From the NCBI GenBank assembly GCA_023254095.1, contig JALNLM010000001.1, forward strand, positions 112,062 through 136,061: a DNA stretch of 24,000 nt. The letters are read 5' to 3'. Shown here one piece after another: positions 9,765-16,296 of this stretch. The notes beneath the pieces are model-generated. The model was not told where the DNA came from and searched no databases. It saw only the letters and a list, made by a program, of their open reading frames with translations. Each line of letters opens with the position of its first letter. Position 1 is the stretch's first letter. Position numbers and translations under genes: made by a program. Source of the DNA: Candidatus Geocrenenecus huangii. GTDB lineage: Archaea > Thermoproteota > Nitrososphaeria_A > Caldarchaeales > Wolframiiraptoraceae.

Positions 9765-10355
9765 CTATCTATCGTCTCCGTAGGGTGTGGGGAGAGCCTC
9801 CAAACTAGTAATCCATTCTATGAATTTTTTCGACGATCTTCCTCTATGTGATATCTTGTTCTTTTCATGTACCTCCATCTCCGCGAATGTTCTCCCATCT
9901 CCCTCATCTGGTATGAAGATTGGGTCGAATCCGAAACCACTCACACCTCTAGATTCATAAGATATACTTCCTCTAACTTCTCCAGCGAAGAATTTAATCC
10001 CAGTATACGGTGAATAGAAACCGATCACCGATTTGAAGGAAGCTGACCTTTCTTCTATGTTATTCATCAACTTCAATAAACCTCCCACCCCTATTGTCTT
10101 ATAGACGTAGGAAGAATACGGGCCGGGAAAACCATTAAGAGAATCTATGAATAAGCCAGCATCCTCAACTAGTACTGGTTCTCTAAGAATATTATAAGCG
10201 TAGAGTACACTCTCCTTAGCTATCTCTCTAAGATCAGAAGATTGTATTTCCTTTGTCTTCAATAATTCAACCCGGTATCTTAGATTGTATTGCTTGAAGA
10301 TCTGCTCGAATTCTTCGAGCTTTCCCTTATTCGTGGTAACGACCGTGAACCTCAT
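9765..10355 (-). CDS. rdgB: XTP/dITP diphosphatase (RdgB/HAM1 family)
   Basis: Minus-strand translation MRFTVVTTNKGKLEEFEQIFKQ... with LVEDAGLFIDSLNGFPGPYSSYV and GFGFDPIFIPDEGDGRTFAEM...EKNKISHRGR. The ORF track labels it + but ATG is the reverse complement of CAT at 10353-10355. Confidence 0.92.
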   Translation of the reverse strand: MRFTVVTTNKGKLEEFEQIFKQYNLRYRVELLKTKEIQSSDLREIAKESVLYAYNILREPVLVEDAGLFIDSLNGFPGPYSSYVYKTIGVGGLLKLMNNIEERSASFKSVIGFYSPYTGIKFFAGEVRGSISYESRGVSGFGFDPIFIPDEGDGRTFAEMEVHEKNKISHRGRSSKKFIEWITSLEALPTPYGDDR

Positions 10356-10993
10356 CTCCTTCTCTCCTCCACATATCTACCCCTCCTCCTTATTTCTCTT
10401 ATCTTAGAAATCAAATCTCTCGTAAAGTCTCCACCTACTACTTCTGAGTATCCTTGAAAGAAGCTGTGCATAAATAATTCTCTTACACCATAGTGTCCGC
10501 TTTCCAAACTCCTATCCAATAGATGTATATCTACTGCAAAATCTTCTAATTCATCTGTGAATATGCTTAATCCAAAGTCCACTAGGTACAGTTTACCTGA
10601 ATCGTCAACTATGATGTTGGATGTTGTTAAGTCGCCGTGAGCTATCCCCGCCATATGCATTCTCCCAACAAGCCTACCTAGAGAATCTGAAACTTCCATT
10701 ACCTCTCTTTCATTTCTTGCCTCCAGCCATCTTTTAAGCTCTACACCAACAATATACTGCATATATATTGTTGTCTCCTTCCTATCAATCAACAATACGG
10801 CTGGACATGGAACACATGCTTTCTTCAAAGCTAGCATAACTTTAACTTCATGAATCATCCTAGATTCTCTGATCTTCTCATCTAAGTTAGAGATTCTATA
10901 AGGCTTAGGGATTCTATGCTTCGAGAGGACATCGAACCCTATTAGATGAGTTCTTGAAATAATGGCTTCAGCACCAATTCTAATAACATTGCT
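10352..10993 (-). CDS. bud32: Kae1-associated kinase Bud32 (KEOPS complex)
   Basis: MSNVIRIGAEAIISRTHLIGFDVLSKHRIPKPYRISNLDEKIRESRMIHEVKVM...GRMHMAGIAHGDLTTSNIIVDDSGKLYLVDFGLS. Overlaps rdgB by ATGA. The track shows a longer version (to 11251) labelled +; it is on the minus strand and most likely starts at 10993. Confidence 0.9.
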   Translation of the reverse strand, partial: SNVIRIGAEAIISRTHLIGFDVLSKHRIPKPYRISNLDEKIRESRMIHEVKVMLALKKACVPCPAVLLIDRKETTIYMQYIVGVELKRWLEARNEREVMEVSDSLGRLVGRMHMAGIAHGDLTTSNIIVDDSGKLYLVDFGLSIFTDELEDFAVDIHLLDRSLESGHYGVRELFMHSFFQGYSEVVGGDFTRDLISKIREIRRRGRYVEERRR

Positions 10994-11168
10994 CATCTTC
11001 CAGCTATACAATCTATATAGAAGTAAGTAAAAAATATGAAGGAACAAGACTGCCAACGTCATAAGAACCGACTCATGTAGGGTGAACATGATATACAATC
11101 TCTCAACCCAACTTCCAGACACCAACAAGCGAAAATATCTAGAGTATGACAAATATCGGCTTCTCAGA

Positions 11169-11480
11169 TCATGATACCAGAACAGTAGCTGTAAGTATCT
11201 TGAGATGAGAGATCTTGTTATTTGATAAGCCCGGGGAGAAGATTGTTTCAATAAGCTCTGAGTAAGATACGTTATATAGTTCTGCTAGATGCTGTAAGTA
11301 GTCTATTGGGTCTCCCCAAGCCCACTCCCACTCCATGAACCCGCATCTGAAGCACCTACTATAAACGTCTCCAGCAGCCGAGACTATCAGCCTCCTAGTA
11401 TTCTCACCGCCACATTCATAACAGTTTCTAAACCCTAAAACCTTCTTAACCACGATCATTCCAGCCATCATATAAAACAT
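11169..11480 (-). CDS. Small zinc-ribbon protein of unknown function
   Basis: NCYECGGENTRRLIVSAAGDVYSRCFRCGFMEWEWAWGDPIDYLQHLAELYNVSYSELI: two CxxC pairs. A TATA-like GATATATACTA lies at 11479-11489, so the start may be ATG 11459. Confidence 0.55.
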   Translation of the reverse strand: MFYMMAGMIVVKKVLGFRNCYECGGENTRRLIVSAAGDVYSRCFRCGFMEWEWAWGDPIDYLQHLAELYNVSYSELIETIFSPGLSNNKISHLKILTATVLVS

Positions 11481-11515
11481 AGTATATATCAGTCTTCGTG
11501 GCCTAACGGTTTAGT

Positions 11516-11650
11516 CTATGGTTCTATGAATCTAGCTCTCTCAGTACACAAATCCTTCTTCCTCCTACGTTTCTCACTCAATGTATAATACAGTATGAGG
11601 AGGATGCAGTATGTAATGAGTGTAACGGTTAGAAATATTAGCCTTAACAA
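11516..11650 (-). CDS. Candidate 44-aa single-pass membrane microprotein, not in the supplied track
   Basis: TTG 11650 to TAG 11516: MLRLIFLTVTLITYCILLILYYTLSEKRRRKKDLCTERARFIEP. One hydrophobic segment is followed by a strongly basic tail. Confidence 0.3.
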   Translation of the reverse strand: MLRLIFLTVTLITYCILLILYYTLSEKRRRKKDLCTERARFIEP

Positions 11651-11675
11651 TTCTACGGGTTCTCCTAGAATATTT

Positions 11676-11912
11676 CTACTCTGCAACTCTTATCCTCTCA
11701 ACCCTCTCAAGATTTATGAAGAGCTTATTACTGTTCGAGGAGATGACTATCATGGCAGGCTTTGTATCGAGGCTGAATGCTATTAGCCTACCATATATCG
11801 GCTCCCCCCTAACCGTTACTACCTCCACCTGCTTCTCCAGGACTGACTGGAGTTGGGCTTTAATCCAGCTCCTACTCTTTACCTCTCCTTTTAACTCCAA
11901 GAGAACCACCAA
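11676..11912 (-). CDS. LSm/Sm-like protein
   Basis: SVLEKQVEVVTVRGEPIYGRLIAFSLDTKPAMIVISSNSNKLFINLERVERIRVAE matches the Sm fold pattern (Sm1 G+L.a.D, Sm2-like terminal strand). TTG start. Confidence 0.55.
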   Translation of the reverse strand: MVVLLELKGEVKSRSWIKAQLQSVLEKQVEVVTVRGEPIYGRLIAFSLDTKPAMIVISSNSNKLFINLERVERIRVAE

Positions 11913-11947
11913 AACCGATACGAAGAAAGAAGAAATCTAATGCATTC

Positions 11948-12385
11948 ATGGTAGAAGTCGAATCTAAAACTCTATATGAGCTACTCAGGAAACTAATAGA
12001 CATAAATAAAATAGCGCCTTTCGTTGAGTACTGTGAAGAGTGTATGAGGAGGTTTGCAAGAAGTTTCTTTGACAGTGAAGGGTGCGTAAGTAAAAATGGA
12101 CAAATTTCCTGCTCCAACAGCGATCTACAGCTTCTTCAGTATGTCAGGAAGATTCTAAATCTTCTTGGGATAAGAACGACTGAACCAAAGATATGTGTGA
12201 AGAAGGAGACTGCATTATTCGACAGAAGAAAAGGGAAGACATATACTGCAAAGAAGGATGTATATCGCATTTATGTTAGAATGTCAGACGTATTAAGGTT
12301 CTATCAATTGATTGGATTTACTATATAGAGAAAGTAGAAAAGACTCGAAGAATATCTTAAGACACATGGACTACTAACAATATAG
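11948..12385 (+). pseudogene. LAGLIDADG-type homing endonuclease remnant, frame continues past two in-frame TAG codons
   Basis: LYELLRKLIDINKIAPFVEYCEECMRRFARSFFDSEGCVSKNGQISCSNSDLQLLQYVRKILNLLGI...KDVYRIYVRMSDVLRFYQLIGFTI*RK*KRLEEYLKTHGLLTI*. The degenerate LAGLIDADG helix is RRFARSFFDSEG. The conserved IGF(T/S)IxRKQxRLEEYL tail is split by TAG at 12326 and 12335. Confidence 0.7.
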
Positions 12386-12433
12386 CCCCCACAACCCCAC
12401 TCTATTTTTTAACCCACTCATAATATAATATAC

Positions 12434-12509
12434 TGGAGCCCGGGGAGGGATTTGAACCCCCGTGTAGCGGGTCTGCAGCCCGCCGCCTAAACCACTCGGC
12501 CACCCGGGC
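12434..12509 (-). tRNA. tRNA-Cys (anticodon GCA), CCA encoded
   Basis: GCCCGGG-TG-GCC-GAGTGGTTTA-GGC-G-GCGGG-CTGCAGA-CCCGC-TACAC-GGGGG-TTCAAAT-CCCTC-CCCGGGC-T-CCA. All four stems pair (one G-U in the T stem); anticodon loop CUGCAGA. Confidence 0.96.
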
Positions 12510-13116
12510 ATCCTTTAGGGTTCCTGATTCTCTATATATTTAGAGATACTTAAAAATTTTAACTTGGTTTATCCCAGGTAGATCTATCTAAGATACTCAA
12601 ATGGTTGAGGTTTTGTAGTAGTTTAGATGAGATTATAATCGCTAATCTTGAAATCATATCTATGGCCTCAGAGACAGATAAGAATATACACAGGTTTAAG
12701 TTGAGTACCTTATTTTTCAGATAACAACATTTATATACTAAGTTTTCCATGAAATTACTACAAATATAAACAGCAGAAACGCTATTCTACAACTTTGTTT
12801 AATATATGCTATCAACAATAGAGGACAACATTATTGGTAGGCTCTCCGGGGATAGATAAAAGCGTATCTGATGTCTCTATAGCAGATCTTAGAACCTCCC
12901 GAGAATGTTAAGTCTCTCCAAGACTCTGTAAGTTAGTCAGGGGAAACAATCTAGGAAGCACAGAGTAGAATAGCATCATCTGTTAAGAAAGTGGACGTAA
13001 TGGGCCGACCGGCGTATCTTTACGTATAGGGTGTCACGGTGGCTTTTCTCTATGTGTTTCTCATTAAATTTAAAGAGTAGACTATCGGATAATTTCTCGG
13101 TAGTGGTGGAGGCAGA

Positions 13117-13890
13117 TTGAGTTTCGTTAGGAGGAGGAGTGTTATCAATTTATTGAAGTCTAGGAGAAGTATCAGGGTATTTAGTCCTGTAAGCATCCCT
13201 GATGAAGTAGTCAAACTACTTGTAGAAGTAGGTGAGAGAGCTCCAACATTTTTCCAAATGTACTCGATTATCTGGGTTAAGAGTCAGGAGAAGAAGGAGA
13301 AACTAGCTGAACTCTGCAGGGGAGAGATTGTAAAAAATGCATCGATAATCTTACTGGTATGTGGAGATTTGAGGAGAATGTATAGGATGCTGAATCTGCT
13401 CGAGCATAAGCATGTCCTAACATCAGATAAACATCCAGTTGAGACGATAATGTCTATATTTGATGCAGCTTTAACTGTCGAGAATATAATAATTGCTGCT
13501 GAATCTCTAGGCTTAGGGTCAGTCATACTTGATTGCCCCATACTATACGCTCCAGCCATTACACAATTATTCCAGCTTCCTAAAGGAGTTGTGCCGCTCA
13601 CTCTGATATGCATTGGTGTTAGAGGGGAATCACCACCACTGAGACCTAGACTCCCATTAAATATCGTCCTGCATGAAGACATGTATAGAGAGCCAACTGA
13701 TGAAGAATTGAAAAATTTCTTATCCACTCTAGAGAAACACATGGAATATGAAAATTACGTCAAGAAGTACACCGGTAGGGAAGTCAAGTACATTGATTAT
13801 ATTAAGGCGAAGACGGAGCTAACTAAGGAGACGGAGAAAGAAAATGAAGCATTAATCAAGTATCTGAGAGAAAACATGTTTAGGATCTAA
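13117..13890 (+). CDS. Nitroreductase family protein
   Basis: LLKSRRSIRVFSPVSIPDEVVKLLVEVGERAPTFFQMYS, AALTVENIIIAAESLGLGSVILDCPI, VPLTLICIGVRGESPPLRPRLPL. TTG start. Confidence 0.86.
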   Translation: MSFVRRRSVINLLKSRRSIRVFSPVSIPDEVVKLLVEVGERAPTFFQMYSIIWVKSQEKKEKLAELCRGEIVKNASIILLVCGDLRRMYRMLNLLEHKHVLTSDKHPVETIMSIFDAALTVENIIIAAESLGLGSVILDCPILYAPAITQLFQLPKGVVPLTLICIGVRGESPPLRPRLPLNIVLHEDMYREPTDEELKNFLSTLEKHMEYENYVKKYTGREVKYIDYIKAKTELTKETEKENEALIKYLRENMFRI

Positions 13891-13941
13891 TCAGTAAACT
13901 TATTTAACTAATTTTTCCAAATTATAGCCAGTGTTAAGAGA

Positions 13942-15009
13942 ATGGAAGCAGGGAAAAATATTCTTAACTTCTTAGAAGATTATGGTAAGAGAATTACAGC
14001 TGAGATAGAAAGATTAGTACCTAGGAGGATCGATCAAGAAGGAATATCTAAGTTCTTAGGTGAACCATTCTTCAAGTATGAGCCGAAGTCAATAAATGTC
14101 TCAATACTAGATCCTTTCTGGGACCTTATAGATAGAGGTGGAAAGAGGTGGAGACCGGCGTTAACAATCATCATTTACGAAGCTCTAGGCGGGAAGATGG
14201 AAGATATCCTACCATTAACGGTTATCCCAGAGATCATACATAATGGGACTCTAGTGGTAGATGATGTAGAAGATGAAAGCGATTACAGGAGGGGCAAACC
14301 ATGTATCCACAAGATCTATGGAGTAGATATAGCGATAAACATGGGGAACACTATGTATTTCCTCCCATTACTAGCGCTCTCAAAGGTCAATATCTCAGAT
14401 GATAAGAAGTTGAGGATACTCGAGGAATACATTAAAACGATGATGGAGCTTAGCTTTGGCCAAGCAATGGATATCGCTTGGCACAGAGGTCTAGTGGACG
14501 ATGTCACGGAAGAACAGTACATGCAGATGACATTACTTAAAACTGGGGCACTAGCCAGATTCTCTGCAAAAATAGCATGTATAGTAGCAGAAGCATCGAG
14601 AAAAGTTGAAGAAAAGATCTCGAGATTCTCTGAATCTCTTGCAGTCGCTTTTCAGATTCAAGATGATGTACTAAACATTGCTGGAGAAGAATCAAAGTAC
14701 GGAAAAGAGATAGGTGGAGATATAAGAGAGGGAAAAAGAACTCTATTAGTAGTGTATGCTCTCAGAAACCTACCTTTGGAAAAAGCTGAGCGTTTAAGAA
14801 GAATACTCAAAATGAGAACAAATGATAACAGATTGATTCGGGAAGCTATAGAGCTCTTGAAGGAGTCGGGAGCTATAGAGTATGCTAGGAAGACATGTAT
14901 AGAGCTTGTATCAAGATCGTGGAATGAGCTTAACGAAGTTCTACCGGAATCTCCGGCTAAAGAAAAACTAAAAGCCTTATCAGACTTCCTAATCACTAGA
15001 GAATTCTAA
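13942..15009 (+). CDS. Polyprenyl (probably geranylgeranyl) diphosphate synthase
   Basis: GGKRWRPALTIIIYEALGG, first Asp-rich motif VVDDVEDESDYRRGKPCIH, second motif region AFQIQDDVLNIAGEESKYGKEIGGDIREGKRTL. Confidence 0.92.
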   Translation: MEAGKNILNFLEDYGKRITAEIERLVPRRIDQEGISKFLGEPFFKYEPKSINVSILDPFWDLIDRGGKRWRPALTIIIYEALGGKMEDILPLTVIPEIIHNGTLVVDDVEDESDYRRGKPCIHKIYGVDIAINMGNTMYFLPLLALSKVNISDDKKLRILEEYIKTMMELSFGQAMDIAWHRGLVDDVTEEQYMQMTLLKTGALARFSAKIACIVAEASRKVEEKISRFSESLAVAFQIQDDVLNIAGEESKYGKEIGGDIREGKRTLLVVYALRNLPLEKAERLRRILKMRTNDNRLIREAIELLKESGAIEYARKTCIELVSRSWNELNEVLPESPAKEKLKALSDFLITREF

Positions 15010-15052
15010 TTTTCGCTCCAAGGATCCTAGGATATTTGAATATCCACTATTC

Positions 15053-16159
15053 TCATGGATATAGTTTTCTTTCGAGCTCTGCTAATCTTCTAAATGCTTC
15101 AAGTTTCTCTTCTCTATCCACTGAGGTTGATTCCAAGATCGATCTTAGGAAGTTTATCGACTCATCCATTCTCTTTCTTGATACCGGGTAAGGGACTCCA
15201 TCTTTTCCACCATGAGCGAAAGTGAATCTTAACGGATCTCTCCAATCTATCTGTGACCCGTAGATCAGCGTAGAGATTAGAGCCAAAGCCCTCAGGGTTG
15301 AGGGGCCGAGCCCTTCTATCTGGATTAATTCTTCATAATCGCTAGGCTTTATATTGTATGCTTTATTGACCGCTTTCCAGTTTATCTTTCTAGGCATTTC
15401 TAGGTGAGGAGGTAGCTGTAACTCGTGGTCAGCTTCAATCCATCTCGTTAATGTCTCCTGCTTATTCAATGAGAGATTTATTAATCTAACTAGCTTTCCA
15501 GGATTTTCACAGATAAGGTCAACTGAGGTCTTCCTAGCTTCTCTGCTTCTACTGGATGTTAGGTTGAGAACAGTTTCTTCTACTCTATCTCCAGCTATTC
15601 CACTATGCGGCTCTTCTACGAAGCTTGATACTTTTTCGCCGATCCAATGATATCTTCTAGCATACTTACTATTCAGATTCATCCCCTGTTGTACTATGCC
15701 CCAGTCTCCATCTTCAGTAAATATTATTGCATGATGATATATGCTGTAGCCATCTTGAAGAACAGCGTTATCTACTTTGGCTGAGAGTCTACTCACCTTA
15801 ACGAGCTTGGCCTTTACTTCTTCAGGTATATTTAACTTGTAGATCATTTCAGGAGTCTTAACGCCCATAGCTCCTTTACCTCCAACTACTGCTAATCCAT
15901 GGGTATCTATCTTAATCGATTCTCTAAGCGCTCCCATTACGACTGTTGTCAAACCGCTGGAATGCCAATCAAATCCTAAAACACATCCAAATGCTTGAAA
16001 CCAGTAAGGGTCTCCTATCTTTCTTATGACTTCTCTTTTTCCAAGCTCTTCCACCATCACCTTAACTATTGAGTTGGCGAGGTTTTTCATCTTATCCATT
16101 AGCCATGGCGGCACATGACCTTTGTGAAGAGGGAGGTCAGCTGTCCCACTTAGATTCAT
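15053..16159 (-). CDS. DUF763 family protein with C-terminal helix-hairpin-helix-like segment
   Basis: MNLSGTADLPLHKGHVPPWLMDKM...GDPYWFQAFGCVLGFDWHSSGLTT...GVVGGKGAMG-like motif...IQIEGLGPSTLRALALISTLIYG. The track labels it +, but the peptide reads from CAT at 16157-16159 on the minus strand. Confidence 0.86.
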   Translation of the reverse strand: MNLSGTADLPLHKGHVPPWLMDKMKNLANSIVKVMVEELGKREVIRKIGDPYWFQAFGCVLGFDWHSSGLTTVVMGALRESIKIDTHGLAVVGGKGAMGVKTPEMIYKLNIPEEVKAKLVKVSRLSAKVDNAVLQDGYSIYHHAIIFTEDGDWGIVQQGMNLNSKYARRYHWIGEKVSSFVEEPHSGIAGDRVEETVLNLTSSRSREARKTSVDLICENPGKLVRLINLSLNKQETLTRWIEADHELQLPPHLEMPRKINWKAVNKAYNIKPSDYEELIQIEGLGPSTLRALALISTLIYGSQIDWRDPLRFTFAHGGKDGVPYPVSRKRMDESINFLRSILESTSVDREEKLEAFRRLAELERKLYP

Positions 16160-16296
16160 CCTTCTCCTTTATGTATAATCTCGATACTCATAGTTAATCG
16201 TTTTCTCCATACCTTTATATCCTCGTGTAATGTATTGCATATACTTCATGTTAATGTTGAACTAGAAAGATTTAATTTTCAGATAACCGTCTAAAA

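Noticed and set aside
11595-11940. Plus-strand ORFs 11595..11786 and 11716..11940
   Set aside because: Antisense to the LSm-like gene and micro-ORF; no motif support.
12559-12750. 63-aa minus-strand ORF 12559..12750
   Set aside because: AT-rich intergenic sequence, no recognisable motif, overlaps the likely promoter region of tRNA-Cys.
12900-12980. C/D box sRNA on the minus strand (ATGATGC ... CTGA)
   Set aside because: Box C deviates from RUGAUGA, no convincing D'/C' pair, and spacing is not diagnostic.
12841-13050. RNase P RNA or SRP RNA in the 600-bp spacer
   Set aside because: Could not find the conserved GAGGAAAGUC/ACAGAA (RNase P) or CAGG..GGAA..GAGCA (SRP helix 8) signatures by eye. 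An Infernal scan would be decisive.
9765-16159. Track strand labels + for 9765..10355, 10352..11251 and 15053..16159
   Set aside because: The listed peptides do not translate from the + strand; their initiator codons are reverse complements of CAT/other codons at the right-hand coordinates. Treated as minus-strand genes.
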